Origin: Burkholderiales bacterium
GTDB taxonomy: Bacteria; Pseudomonadota; Gammaproteobacteria; Burkholderiales; JBDZVW01
Length of the DNA: 64,000 bases
Direction: 5' to 3'
Assembly: GCA_035700525.1 (NCBI GenBank)
Contig: DASSON010000073.1
Span: 2,266 to 66,265, forward strand
The translations under genes were made by a program, and so were the position numbers. Position 1 is the first letter of the stretch. Each line of letters begins with the position of its first letter. Under the pieces are notes generated by a model. It worked only from the letters and a program-made list of their open reading frames with translations. It was not told the DNA's origin and did not search any database. Below, piece after piece: positions 1-10,600 of the stretch.

Positions 1-756
<756 letters not shown>

Positions 757-891
757 CGTCGACGGATCCGAGCGCGGCTGGGTCAAAACACAATCGTTCA
801 CACGAGTTCTCCAGGGTGACGAAGTTGGCATCCGCAGCGCCGCGCTCGACGCTCCGGTGCAGGATGAAATCAATAACGCGACGCCGTCGAA

Positions 892-1482
892 TTACGGCGG
901 ATTGATCGGCCCGGTTTCCAGAATCGGCGCCGTTTCGATGTGGCGCACTTCCATCAGATCGACGACGCGCTCCAGCGACAGCGCAATCGTCGCCTGCTCG
1001 AGTTCCGGCAACGTATTCAGTCCACTGGCCAGCGCCTGCTGCAATGGCGACGGCGCATGATCGGCGAGCCGCGCGCCCTCCGCCGTGGGATTGATCCACA
1101 CCACGCGGCGGTCGTTGCGCCCGCGCTCGCGCCGGATCAGATGCTTTTCTTCGAGGCGGTCCAGTATGCCAACCAGTGTGCTCGTGCTGAGGTGAATTTC
1201 ATGACTCAGCGCGGTGACTGTTAATGGCGCATGTTCGACCACCGCCAACAGACAGATCAGTTGCGGTGCGGTGATGCGATGCGTCGCCGCAAGTTGTCGC
1301 GAGTAGAGATCGACACCGCGAATGATCCGTCGTAGCGAGCGCAGGATGCGCAGATCGTAGCGCGGCGCCGGCACTGTCGGCGTATGGCCGTGGTCTTTCA
1401 GCGCAACCACCTGGCTCGCCGATGATTCATCGCCCGGTGCCGCGTCGTGTTCGCCTGGTATCGCGTGGTTTGTGGCGTTCAT
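892..1482 (-). CDS. ectR: MarR-family regulator upstream of ectAB (EctR-like)
   Basis: Winged-helix MarR core (ITAPQLICLLAVVEHAPLTVTALSHEIHLSTSTLVGILDRLEEKHLIRRERGRNDRRVV). ATG at 1482 is preceded by GGAAAGGG. Position is next to ectA. Confidence 0.7.
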   Translation of the reverse strand: MNATNHAIPGEHDAAPGDESSASQVVALKDHGHTPTVPAPRYDLRILRSLRRIIRGVDLYSRQLAATHRITAPQLICLLAVVEHAPLTVTALSHEIHLSTSTLVGILDRLEEKHLIRRERGRNDRRVVWINPTAEGARLADHAPSPLQQALASGLNTLPELEQATIALSLERVVDLMEVRHIETAPILETGPINPP

Positions 1483-1709
1483 GTCGATAGTGCCCTTTCC
1501 TTCCGCGTCAGGGATAAAGATTATACGGACCGATCGCTTTCTGATCAAATCATTTCGATACGAATTATTCTTACTGTAATGAATTTTATCCAGTGAGACG
1601 CGATTGCGCTTCACGACAACGCCCGCCGGCATACATACCACCGTTGCGACGTTGAGCAATCAAAGACTTGCGGTTATAGTCACAAGCAGTCCATTGCGCG
1701 GCAACGTTG

Positions 1710-3503
1710 ATGCGGTCCGCTACTTCGATACCCCGGCATGACCTCAAACTGACGCTCGAGCGTGTGCTCGCTGACCTTGTCGCGGACCGGCTGGTGATGG
1801 CGGAGGATGCCGAACGGCTGACGCGGGATCGGCGCTTTGCGCGTGCCGACGCGCATCCGCTGACGGTCATCGCCGAGCAGAAATGGAAGGATCCGCGCCA
1901 GGCACGCAAGGTATTGCACCTGGAAGCGCTGACGCAGTGGCTGGCGGAGCGCGCCGAGCTGCCATACGTGCACATCGATCCGTTCAAGATCGATTTCGCA
2001 GCCGTCACCGGCATCATGTCCAACGCCTACGCCGCGCGCTACCGCATCCTGCCGATCGAGGTCAACGCGAAGGAAGCGGTGGTTGCGACTTGCGAGCCGT
2101 ACGTGCGGGAATGGGAAGATCAGCTGCGGCAGATCCTGCGGCTCGATATCCGGCGCGTGATCGCGAGTCCGCTCGACATTCAAAGTTACCTGGTCGAGTT
2201 CTACAATCTCGCGCGTTCGGTGAAAGGCGCGAAAGCCGACGATGGCGGCGGCTACAACGACATTGCGAACTTCGAGCAACTGGTGCAGCTCGGCCGCAGC
2301 GGCAAGCTCGACGCCAACGATCAGCATATCGTCCACATCTGCGACTGGCTGCTCAGGTATGCATTCGAGCAGCGCGCCAGCGACATTCATCTCGAGCCGC
2401 GGCGCGACACCGGCAACGTGCGTTTTCGCATCGACGGCACGCTGCACCAGGTCTATCAGATTCCGACGCCGGTGATGGCGGCGATGACCAGCCGCATCAA
2501 GGTACTGGGACGCATGGACGTGGTGGAAAAGCGCCGGCCACAGGACGGCCGCATCAAGACCGTGACGCCCGACAACGATGAAATCGAGTTGCGGCTGTCG
2601 ACGATGCCGACCGCGTTCGGTGAAAAACTGGTAATGCGGATCTTCAACCCGGAGGTGCTGGTCAAGGATTATCGCGAGCTGGGATTTGCCGACAGCGACG
2701 AGAAAAGCTGGCGGCGCATGATCAGTCATCCGAACGGCATCATTCTCGTCACCGGCCCCACCGGCTCGGGCAAGACCACGACGCTCTACTCGACGATGAA
2801 GCAGCTGGCGACCGCCGACGTCAATGTCTGCACCATCGAGGACCCGATCGAAATGGTCGAGCCGCAGTTCAACCAGATGCAGGTGCAGCACAACATCGGT
2901 CTCGATTTCGCGAGCGGCATCCGCACGCTGATGCGCCAGGATCCGGACATCGTGATGGTGGGCGAAATCCGTGACCTGGAAACCGCCGAAATGGCGATCC
3001 AGGCCGCGCTCACCGGCCACCTGGTGCTGTCGACGCTGCATACCAACGACGCGCCGTCGGCGATCACCCGCCTGCTCGACATCGGCGTGCCCTACTACCT
3101 GCTGCAATCGACGATTCTCGGCGTGATGGCGCAGCGGCTGGTGCGCACGCTGTGCCCGCACTGCCGCGAGCGCGCGACACTCGACGACGAGTCGTGGCAG
3201 ATGCTGACGGCGCCATGGAAAGCGAAGAAGCCGGCACAGATCAACGTTGCGGCCGGCTGCCTCGAATGCCGCATGACCGGCTATCACGGACGGATCGGCA
3301 TCTATGAAATGATGGTGATGACGCCAGGATTGCGCAAGCTGATCACGGCCGACATGAATCTCGCGAACCTGCGTGAACAGGCGTACAAGGAAGGCATGAA
3401 GCCGCTGCGGATCAGCGGCGCGATGAAAGTCGCCGCAGGCGTCACCACTGTCGATGAAGTGCTCAAGACGGCGCCGCCGGTACAGGGAGATCGGCGGCAA
3501 TGA
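1710..3503 (+). CDS. GspE/PilB-family secretion ATPase (orphan)
   Basis: Walker A GPTGSGKTTTLY, Walker B/Asp box IVMVGEIRD, His box LSTLHTNDA, C-terminal tetracysteine CPHC...CLEC. No other T2SS/T4P genes nearby. Confidence 0.85.
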   Translation: MRSATSIPRHDLKLTLERVLADLVADRLVMAEDAERLTRDRRFARADAHPLTVIAEQKWKDPRQARKVLHLEALTQWLAERAELPYVHIDPFKIDFAAVTGIMSNAYAARYRILPIEVNAKEAVVATCEPYVREWEDQLRQILRLDIRRVIASPLDIQSYLVEFYNLARSVKGAKADDGGGYNDIANFEQLVQLGRSGKLDANDQHIVHICDWLLRYAFEQRASDIHLEPRRDTGNVRFRIDGTLHQVYQIPTPVMAAMTSRIKVLGRMDVVEKRRPQDGRIKTVTPDNDEIELRLSTMPTAFGEKLVMRIFNPEVLVKDYRELGFADSDEKSWRRMISHPNGIILVTGPTGSGKTTTLYSTMKQLATADVNVCTIEDPIEMVEPQFNQMQVQHNIGLDFASGIRTLMRQDPDIVMVGEIRDLETAEMAIQAALTGHLVLSTLHTNDAPSAITRLLDIGVPYYLLQSTILGVMAQRLVRTLCPHCRERATLDDESWQMLTAPWKAKKPAQINVAAGCLECRMTGYHGRIGIYEMMVMTPGLRKLITADMNLANLREQAYKEGMKPLRISGAMKVAAGVTTVDEVLKTAPPVQGDRRQ

Positions 3504-3509
3504 AGAATC

Positions 3510-3638
3510 GTGAGGGGTGAGGCGTGAGGGGTGAGGAGCAAAATCCCAGCGAAACCAAGCGTCAACTGAAAGTACGCGTTACCCCGTGTTTTTTGCCGTC
3601 CGCTTTTAACTCCTCACACCTCACTCCTCACACCTCAC
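3510..3638. repeat. intergenic inverted repeat built from GTGAGG(G/C) heptamers (REP-like)
   Basis: Arm 3510-3538 is gtgaggggtgaggcgtgaggggtgaggag. Arm 3610-3638 is ctcctcacacctcactcctcacacctcac. They are complementary at 26 of 29 positions with a 71-nt loop, and fill the gap between the gspE-like stop and the next ATG. Confidence 0.6.
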
Positions 3639-3645
3639 ACTAAAA

Positions 3646-4080
3646 ATGAAGCCCATCCCCGCCAATCTCACCCACCGCTTCACATTCACGATCCCGCCAA
3701 CAAAGACGGTTCCGCATCTCTATCCCGAATCCGACATTTTCCGCGCGATGCCGGAAGTGCTCGCGACCGGCTACATGGTGGGATTGCTGGAATGGGCGTG
3801 CGTCGAAGCGATCCGGCCATATCTCGACTGGCCCGGCGAATTGACGCTCGGCACCGGCATCTGCGTTTCGCACGGTGCCGCCACCCCGCCCGGTTTTACG
3901 GTGACCGTTACGACGCGGCTCGAGCGGATTGACGATCGCAAGCTGACTTTCGCGGTATCCGCACACGATGGGGCCGACACCATCTGCGAAGGCACGCATG
4001 AACGCACGCTGGTCGATCGTGCGCGCTTCGACGGCAAGGTGGCCGCGAAATCCGCGAACGCTCCGTTGCAGCAGCAATGA
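3646..4080 (+). CDS. hotdog-fold thioesterase family protein
   Basis: 144 aa. The sequence pattern [19 protein letters not shown]...[15 protein letters not shown]...L.F.V.AHDG resembles small acyl-CoA thioesterases. ATGA overlap with gpmA. Confidence 0.55.
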   Translation: MKPIPANLTHRFTFTIPPTKTVPHLYPESDIFRAMPEVLATGYMVGLLEWACVEAIRPYLDWPGELTLGTGICVSHGAATPPGFTVTVTTRLERIDDRKLTFAVSAHDGADTICEGTHERTLVDRARFDGKVAAKSANAPLQQQ

Positions 4081-4826
4081 AGAAACTCGTACTGCTCAGA
4101 CACGGCGAAAGCACGTGGAATCACGAGAACCGCTTCACCGGCTGGACCGACGTCGATCTGTCGCAACGCGGCATCGCCGAAGCGCGTCGGGCCGGACGCA
4201 CGCTGAAGCAATCCGGCCTGACATTCGACGTCGCATACACATCCGTTCTCAGGCGCGCGATCCGGACATTGTGGCTGGTGCTTGATGAAATGGATCTGAT
4301 GTGGCTGCCGGTCCACAAGGACTGGCGGCTGAACGAGCGCCACTACGGCGCGCTGCAGGGACTCAACAAGGCGGAGACGGCGGCAAAATTCGGCGATGAA
4401 CAGGTGCACGCATGGCGACGCAGCTACGACGTGCCGCCGCCGGCGCTCACCTCATCCGATCCACGCTTCCCCGGCAGTGATCCGCGCTACCAAAACCTCG
4501 CACCGGAACAAATCCCACTCACCGAGTCGCTGAAAGACACGGTCGCGCGTTTTCTGCCGTACTGGAACGATGCAATCGTGCCCCACCTGTCCGCCGGCAA
4601 ACGCGTAATCATCGCCGCGCACGGCAATTCGCTGCGGGCGCTGGTGAAGCACCTCGACAATATCAGCGATGCCGAAATTCCCGCTCTCAACATCCCGACC
4701 GGAATCCCGCTGGTTTACGAATTAAACGATAATCTGAAACCGGTCAGACACTATTATCTGGACGACGCGGAAGAGGTCGCGCGTGCCACTCAGTCCGTCA
4801 CCGCCCAGGCGAAATCGCGCCCGTAG
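4077..4826 (+). CDS. gpmA: 2,3-bisphosphoglycerate-dependent phosphoglycerate mutase
   Basis: [25 protein letters not shown] and [16 protein letters not shown] signatures; 249 aa. Confidence 0.95.
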   Translation: MKKLVLLRHGESTWNHENRFTGWTDVDLSQRGIAEARRAGRTLKQSGLTFDVAYTSVLRRAIRTLWLVLDEMDLMWLPVHKDWRLNERHYGALQGLNKAETAAKFGDEQVHAWRRSYDVPPPALTSSDPRFPGSDPRYQNLAPEQIPLTESLKDTVARFLPYWNDAIVPHLSAGKRVIIAAHGNSLRALVKHLDNISDAEIPALNIPTGIPLVYELNDNLKPVRHYYLDDAEEVARATQSVTAQAKSRP

Positions 4827-4857
4827 CACGAAAACCATTGCGGCCGGCCGTGTTGTC

Positions 4858-5025
4858 TCAGCGGTAATACCGGTAGTGGTGGCGGTAATGATAATGCGGA
4901 TAAGTGTAGTAACCCGGTGCCGGGCCAACGTAGACCGCGGGGCCGGCAGGCCCGTAATAGGCCGGAACAATCGCACACCCTGATACCGTCCCGGCAAGCA
5001 GCACAGCAACGATCGCGAATTTCAT
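4858..5025 (-). CDS. small Tyr/Gly/Pro-rich lipoprotein (55 aa, below the ORF-track cutoff)
   Basis: Own translation gives MKFAIVAVLLAGTVSGCAIVPAYYGPAGPAVYVGPAPGYYTYPHYHYRHHYRYYR. Lipobox is LAGTVSG-C and a strong RBS GAAAGGAGAG lies upstream. Confidence 0.5.
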   Translation of the reverse strand: MKFAIVAVLLAGTVSGCAIVPAYYGPAGPAVYVGPAPGYYTYPHYHYRHHYRYYR

Positions 5026-5159
5026 TGCGCTCTCCTTTCAATGTCACGCTTTCATTTTAAAAAGCGCGCATTCGCGATGCTGTAACGGTTTGTAACGTCG
5101 TGTTATCGAATCCCGAATTGCCTGACGTGGCCTATCAATACCGCTGATTGAGCACTGCC

Positions 5160-5191
5160 GATGCCGGCGGCCATGCTCGTCCGCCGGCATC
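5160..5191. terminator. GC-rich hairpin downstream of the Bug gene
   Basis: Perfect 11-bp stem gatgccggcgg / ccgccggcatc with a 10-nt loop, 13 nt past the stop at 5204. No clear U-tract. Confidence 0.35.
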
Positions 5192-5203
5192 GAGACATTC
5201 CAG

Positions 5204-6184
5204 TTACCCTACTTTCGCGCCCGAGAACTTCACCACCTTGCCCCATTTCTCGACCTGCTGCTTGAGGAATTTGGCGAATTCCTGCGGCGAGCTGCCCTTG
5301 GGTTCGGCACCGCGCTTTGCGTAACGCTGCTTCACGTCGGGATCAGCCAGGACCTTGACGACGGCGGCATTGAGTTTGTCGATGATCGGTTGCGGCGTTC
5401 CCTTTGGCGCCACCAGCCCCAGCCACAAATCGGATTCATAACCCGGTACTCCGGCCTCGTCAATCGTCGGCAGGTTCGGCGCAACAGGCGAACGCTTTAG
5501 GCTGGAAACGCCGAGCCCGATCAGCTTGCCCGACTTGATCTGTGCTTCCGCCGTCAACAGTGCATCGAATTCCATCTGCACCTGTCCGGCCAGCACCGCG
5601 GTGCGCATCTGGCCACTGGACTTGTACGGGACGTGGACGACATTGATGCCGGTCATCGCCTTGAACAGTGCCATTGCAAGGTGATAAGGCGTCCCCGAGC
5701 CGGACGACGCAAAGTTCAACTTGCCAGGCTCGGATTTCGCAAGCGCGACCAACTCCTTCACCGTTTTGACGTGAATCGACGGGTTGACCACCAGCACCAG
5801 CGGCATGTCCGCCAATTGCGAAATTGGTACGAAGTCGGTCAGGATATTGTATTGAAGATGCTTGTAGAGCGTTTCGTTGATTGCATGCGTGTTCGATATC
5901 AGCAGCAGCGTGTAGCCATCGGGAGCCGCCTTGGCCACCGCCTCCGAACCAATTTGCGAACCCGCGCCGGGTTTATCTTCCACAATCACCGACTGTCCGA
6001 GCGGTTTCGAAATGTGGCTCGCGACCAGGCGCGCAAAAATATCAGCCGGCCCGCCGGTACCGAACGGGACGATGATCTTTACAGTTTTTGTCGGATAAGA
6101 AGATTGCGCGAACGCTCCGCAGACCATACCCAGCAATACCGCGCCGGCGAACCAGCGCACCAGCGAGAAAATGCCTTTATTCAT
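5204..6184 (-). CDS. Bug-family (TctC-like) tripartite tricarboxylate transporter substrate-binding protein
   Basis: Signal peptide plus YPTKTVKIIVPFGTGGPADIFARL and DGYTLL motifs typical of Bug proteins. Confidence 0.9.
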   Translation of the reverse strand: MNKGIFSLVRWFAGAVLLGMVCGAFAQSSYPTKTVKIIVPFGTGGPADIFARLVASHISKPLGQSVIVEDKPGAGSQIGSEAVAKAAPDGYTLLLISNTHAINETLYKHLQYNILTDFVPISQLADMPLVLVVNPSIHVKTVKELVALAKSEPGKLNFASSGSGTPYHLAMALFKAMTGINVVHVPYKSSGQMRTAVLAGQVQMEFDALLTAEAQIKSGKLIGLGVSSLKRSPVAPNLPTIDEAGVPGYESDLWLGLVAPKGTPQPIIDKLNAAVVKVLADPDVKQRYAKRGAEPKGSSPQEFAKFLKQQVEKWGKVVKFSGAKVG

Positions 6185-6360
6185 TGTGTTCTCCTCCTAT
6201 AGGTGACAGGGACGATAACCGCTACAAACCGGATACCTCAGTCATTCGACAACGATATTTCATTCGCAGCCGCGGCACGAAAACCGACCGTTTCAGTTGC
6301 CACAATCGGGCGCCTTACATGCCGGTCGGAAACGGAATCTTATACAAACGTCAGGCAACG

Positions 6361-7251
6361 TCAAAATATTCCACCAGCTGTCCGGAAGCGTTTCCTGATC
6401 AACTCCACCAGCGTTCCGGCTGCCGCCGAGAGATGACTGCCTCGTCGCGTATACAGCGCCACAGCGTGGGCAATGGACGGTTTCAGCACGATGCCATGCA
6501 AGTCCGGTACTGCCTTCACCAACGAGGCCGAAATGATGGTGCTGAGTCGCGTCTGGCGAACCGTCGCGAGAACGGGTTCGATCGCATTCATTTCCATCGC
6601 GACGTGCGGCGTTATGCCGCCGGCCACGAACGCGGCGTTCAGCAACTGGCGCGAATTATATTCGGGCGTCAGCAAAATCAGACCATGATTGCCTACCTCG
6701 GAAAACGCAATACTGGCTTGACCGAACAATGGATGGTTGCGGCCCACGATGAGCGCCATCGATTCGGCGATCAATTCATCGACCACAATTTGTTCAGGTA
6801 CGGCAGCCGCATGGGCGATGCCGAAATCCAGCTCCCCTTCCTGCAGCAATTTTTTTATCTCGCCCGTCCGCAAACGGAAAAGCGTGATTTTGATGCCGGG
6901 ATAGGTGTTGGTGAATTCCGCAAGAATGGGCGGCAGCAAATACGTACTGAACGACGACAGCACACCGATCGTAAGCTTGCCGACCTTGAGGTCCCCAAGC
7001 TCACGTATCGCATCGAGCGCCGAATCGGCCTCTTTGAGCATCCGTTTGGCGTAGCCCCGGAACAGCTCTCCGGCAGTGGTCAAACGGACGGTGCGCCCCA
7101 CGCGATCGAACAACTGGACACCGATTTCGTCTTCGAGCTGTTTGATCTGGTGAGAAAGCGTCGGCTGGGTAATGTGCAGTCTGTCTGATGCCTGACTGAA
7201 ACTTTGCAATTGCGCGGCAGCCAGAAAATAGCGCAAATGTCGAAATTCCAT
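6361..7251 (-). CDS. LysR-family transcriptional regulator
   Basis: MEFRHLRYFLAAAQLQSFSQASDRLHITQPTLSHQIKQLEDEIGVQLFDR HTH. Start trimmed to the ATG at 7251. Confidence 0.9.
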   Translation of the reverse strand: MEFRHLRYFLAAAQLQSFSQASDRLHITQPTLSHQIKQLEDEIGVQLFDRVGRTVRLTTAGELFRGYAKRMLKEADSALDAIRELGDLKVGKLTIGVLSSFSTYLLPPILAEFTNTYPGIKITLFRLRTGEIKKLLQEGELDFGIAHAAAVPEQIVVDELIAESMALIVGRNHPLFGQASIAFSEVGNHGLILLTPEYNSRQLLNAAFVAGGITPHVAMEMNAIEPVLATVRQTRLSTIISASLVKAVPDLHGIVLKPSIAHAVALYTRRGSHLSAAAGTLVELIRKRFRTAGGIF

Positions 7252-7454
7252 AACGCTACGCGTCCCCTCCAACGGTTGCTTGACGGAGTATAACGTAGCG
7301 GCCGCCTGGACGGCCGCCCTGACACCCAATCGTCGATTGGTTTGCCGGGAGTCTGCCGGGGTCTCATCCGAAACGTCGGAAATCGATGCGACCGCGAAAG
7401 CAGCATCGACCGCCGGCATTCGATTGGGACTGTCCCGCTTTCAGAACAAGCCCG

Positions 7455-7471
7455 TCTATAGGAGATATAGA
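7455..7471. promoter_or_regulatory. possible LysR-type T-N11-A dyad in the divergent intergenic region
   Basis: tctata-ggaga-tataga palindrome between the LysR gene and the Bug gene at 7619. Confidence 0.3.
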
Positions 7472-7618
7472 TGTAAATCATTTGTTTTCGTCCGGGACTG
7501 CCCCTAACCTACGGAACAGCAATCGGGGCCGACGGGCGGGAGCGCCGCACCTCGATGTCAAGGCAAAGGCTCGAACGCACATCGAGCCGGAAGAATCACC
7601 AAATCGACGGAGGCGACA

Positions 7619-8587
7619 GTGAAAAAACTATTCATTCTGGCCGTGACGGGGCTGTTTTCGATAGCGGGATGGAACGCCGCGGCGGCCGAGAATTATCCGC
7701 AAAGACCGATTCGCATGATCGTCCCCGCCTCACCGGGCGGCGGCACCGATTTTGCCGCGCGCCTGATCAACGACCACCTCGCCAAAGTGCTCGGTCAGAG
7801 TGTCGTCATCGAGAACAAGCCGGGTGCCTCCGGCACCATCGGCGCCGCCCAGGTCGCCCATTCCAAACCCGATGGCTACACGGTGCTGATGGCGCAGTCG
7901 ACCAGCATGGTGATTGCCCCTCATATCTACAAAAACCTCAGCTACGATCCTCTCAAGGATTTGACGCCTGTCACGCTGGTTGCGCTGGTACCGAACGTAC
8001 TGGTCGTCAATCCGGGCGTGCATGCAAAGTCGGTCAAGGAGCTGATCGCGCTCGACAAGGCCACGCCCGGCTCGCTCAGCTTCGGCTCCTCCGGCAAAGG
8101 TGCGCCGAGCGATCTGGCAGGCCTGCTGTTCAACAAGATGACCGGCACCCACATGGTGCCGGTGCGTTACAAGGGCGCCGGGCCGTCGGTCAGCGCCCTG
8201 CTTGGCGACCACATTCAGGTCATGTTTCCGCCGATCAACTCGGTGCTGCCGCTCATCAAGAGCGGCAAGCTGAGAGCGCTCGCGCTGACGACCCGCGATC
8301 ACCTGAAGGCCATGCCTGATCTGCCGACCCTTACCGGATCCGGCCTGGCGGGCTACGAAATAAGCTCATGGTTCGGCGTTTTCGCTCCGGCCGGTACGCC
8401 GCAGGCGATTGTGGACAAGCTGTATCAGGCAACGGCCGACGCATTGAAACAACCCAAGGTCGTTGAAACATTCGAAAAGCAGGGGGCTCATCTGGGCGGC
8501 AACACACCGCAGGCGTTCTCCGCTTTCGTGCACAGCGAAAACACGCGGTACGCAACATTCGTAAAAGACTTGAGCGCCCATTTTTGA
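7619..8587 (+). CDS. Bug-family (TctC-like) substrate-binding protein
   Basis: GTG start after GGAGG. YPQRPIRMIVPASPGGGTDFAARL and DGYTVLM motifs. Confidence 0.9.
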   Translation: MKKLFILAVTGLFSIAGWNAAAAENYPQRPIRMIVPASPGGGTDFAARLINDHLAKVLGQSVVIENKPGASGTIGAAQVAHSKPDGYTVLMAQSTSMVIAPHIYKNLSYDPLKDLTPVTLVALVPNVLVVNPGVHAKSVKELIALDKATPGSLSFGSSGKGAPSDLAGLLFNKMTGTHMVPVRYKGAGPSVSALLGDHIQVMFPPINSVLPLIKSGKLRALALTTRDHLKAMPDLPTLTGSGLAGYEISSWFGVFAPAGTPQAIVDKLYQATADALKQPKVVETFEKQGAHLGGNTPQAFSAFVHSENTRYATFVKDLSAHF

Positions 8588-8689
8588 TCGACGCGAGCTG
8601 ATCTTTTCAAACTGCCGGGCTGTTCGCCCACCCGGCGGCAGACGACGATGCATTCATCCCCCGAGCGGGGGAAACCTCGAGGCCCAAAC

Positions 8690-9118
8690 ATGTCCAGTCC
8701 CACTCTTGAACAAGCCAACAAGATCATTGCCGGTGCGCTGACTCACGCACACGAGTCGAAAATCAGGCCGCTCGCAGTTGTCGTGCTCGACGCCAGCGGC
8801 AACATCGTCGCGGCGCAGCGCGAAGACAACGCCAGCATGTTCCGGCTGGACGTTGCGCTCGGCAAAGCCTGGGGGGCGGCGGCGATGGGCTGTTCCAGCC
8901 GCGCGCTGGGCAAGCGCGCAAAGGACAATCCGAACTTCTTCGTCACGCTTGCCGCAACGGCCAGGGGCAAATTTCTGCCGCAAACCGGCGCCGTCCTGAT
9001 CAAGGACGCGGCCGGCAACACACTCGGCGCAGTCGGTGCGAGCGGCGGCACCGGCGACGAAGATGAAGCCTGCTGCATCAGCGGCATCGAAAAAGCCGGC
9101 CTCAAAACCGACGTGTGA
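8690..9118 (+). CDS. GlcG/HbpS-like (DUF336) heme-binding protein
   Basis: LEQANKIIAGAL...VVVLDASGNIVAAQREDNA...GAVGASGGTGDEDEACC pattern. Start trimmed to the ATG at 8690. Confidence 0.75.
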   Translation: MSSPTLEQANKIIAGALTHAHESKIRPLAVVVLDASGNIVAAQREDNASMFRLDVALGKAWGAAAMGCSSRALGKRAKDNPNFFVTLAATARGKFLPQTGAVLIKDAAGNTLGAVGASGGTGDEDEACCISGIEKAGLKTDV

Positions 9119-9189
9119 TAGCGGCGGCAGCGCAGCCGGGTACCTCCGCGAATGATCATCCCACCATTCAATTCATCGACAGGGCAAAC

Positions 9190-9654
9190 ATGACCATGGA
9201 AAGCAAACCGCTGGCACCGACCAAGAACAAGGGTGCCGTCAAGGCAGGAAACGGCACCTTCATCTTCAAGCTCTCCGAACTCGCCGGCATGGACGCGGGT
9301 ATCGGCTATTCGACCGCCTTCGGTCCGGTCATCGAAGGTGAACGGATGCAGGTCGGTCTGATCCGAAAAGAACGGGGTACCGGTGCCAAACCGCACACGC
9401 ATCCCAACGAACAATGGAACTACATCGTGCAAGGCACGCTGCGAGTGCGAATCGCCGACCAGCCGGAACAATTGTGCGGACCGGGCACGTTGCTGTATTT
9501 TCCCGCCGGCATCCCTCACTCAACCGTCGCCACACAGGACGAAGATGTTCTGTTTCTGACCGTAAAAGACCTGTCACACGGTATTCATGGCAAGGCGGTG
9601 GACGGCACGGCAACCGGCGGATACTACGATCCGGGCTTTGAGAAAAAGGACTAG
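9190..9654 (+). CDS. cupin-domain protein
   Basis: Cupin motifs GAKPHTHPNEQWNYIVQG and LLYFPAGIPHS. Confidence 0.7.
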   Translation: MTMESKPLAPTKNKGAVKAGNGTFIFKLSELAGMDAGIGYSTAFGPVIEGERMQVGLIRKERGTGAKPHTHPNEQWNYIVQGTLRVRIADQPEQLCGPGTLLYFPAGIPHSTVATQDEDVLFLTVKDLSHGIHGKAVDGTATGGYYDPGFEKKD

Positions 9655-9700
9655 GTGCATGCCTCTTCCGAAACATTGACGTCCCGCGAGACACAAGGAA

Positions 9701-10600
9701 ATGAGTGCTGCAATCAGAAAGATCGGCTTCATCGGTGTCGGCCACATGGGAAATCCGATGGCGGCACAACTTGTCGCCAAAGGGTTCAGGGTCACGGTGT
9801 ATGACGCCAATCGTGACGCGACGCACGCGTTCATCAACGCGCACGGCGGTGCAGCGGCAGCATCGCTCGCCGAGGTCGGACAAGGCGTCGATGCCGTGAT
9901 TTTCATGCTGCCGGACGGCCATGCCGTCCGCCGCGTGTTGTTCGAAGACGGACTCGCGGCTCATCTCGCATCGGGCGCGGTGGCGATCGACATGGGCACC
10001 TCCGCACCGGCCGACACCATTGCCACCGGGAATCAGCTGGCACCGCACGGCATCAGCTATCTCGATGCACCGGTCATGGGCGGCGTGGTATTCGCGAAGG
10101 ACGCGACACTCGACATCATGGCCGGCGGCGACGCGGCCTTGATCGAGCGCTGCCGGCCACTGTTCGAGGCGATGGGACGCAAGCTTTATGTCTGCGGCAA
10201 ACTCGGCAGCGGCCACGTACTCAAGGCAATGACCAACTACATCAACGCCTGTGCACTGATCAACACGCTCGAGGCGATGGTGATCGGCCGCAAATTCGGC
10301 CTGGACACGGCGATCATGACCGAGGCGATCGACGCGATGTGCAACGGACGCCAGCATCCGATCGTGAAAAAGGTCATCCCGCACGTCGTGACGCGCAAAT
10401 ATGGCACCGGCATGACGATGCAGCTGATCGCGAAGGACGTCGCAATTGCCGTGGACAGCGCGAAAAGCGTCGGCGCCGCGGTACCGCTGGGAGAGAAAAC
10501 AGCCGAACTGTGGGCCGCCGCGTGCAACCAGATTGGCGGCACGCATGACCAGACCGAGATTGTGCGCTACTGGGAACAGGCGAGCGGCACGACGCTTTGA
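9701..10600 (+). CDS. NAD(P)-dependent oxidoreductase, 3-hydroxyisobutyrate dehydrogenase family
   Basis: N-terminal Rossmann motif KIGFIGVGHMGNPMA; 299 aa, typical of the family. Confidence 0.85.
   Translation: MSAAIRKIGFIGVGHMGNPMAAQLVAKGFRVTVYDANRDATHAFINAHGGAAAASLAEVGQGVDAVIFMLPDGHAVRRVLFEDGLAAHLASGAVAIDMGTSAPADTIATGNQLAPHGISYLDAPVMGGVVFAKDATLDIMAGGDAALIERCRPLFEAMGRKLYVCGKLGSGHVLKAMTNYINACALINTLEAMVIGRKFGLDTAIMTEAIDAMCNGRQHPIVKKVIPHVVTRKYGTGMTMQLIAKDVAIAVDSAKSVGAAVPLGEKTAELWAAACNQIGGTHDQTEIVRYWEQASGTTL

Noticed and set aside
1680-3500. 606-aa ORF antisense to the GspE-family gene. Similar long antisense or alternative-frame ORFs occur at 14448..16154, 18899..20290, 33486..36149, 36421..37929 and 43840..44919.
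   Set aside because: These are typical high-GC shadow ORFs. Their products are Arg/Ala/His/Gln-rich low-complexity sequences with no motifs, and each overlaps a gene with clear family signatures on the other strand or frame.
3510-3638. Considered whether the GTGAGG arrays are a CRISPR or other spacer-repeat array.
   Set aside because: The units are 7 nt, contiguous and without spacers, and the two arrays are inverted copies of each other. No cas genes are present in the window.
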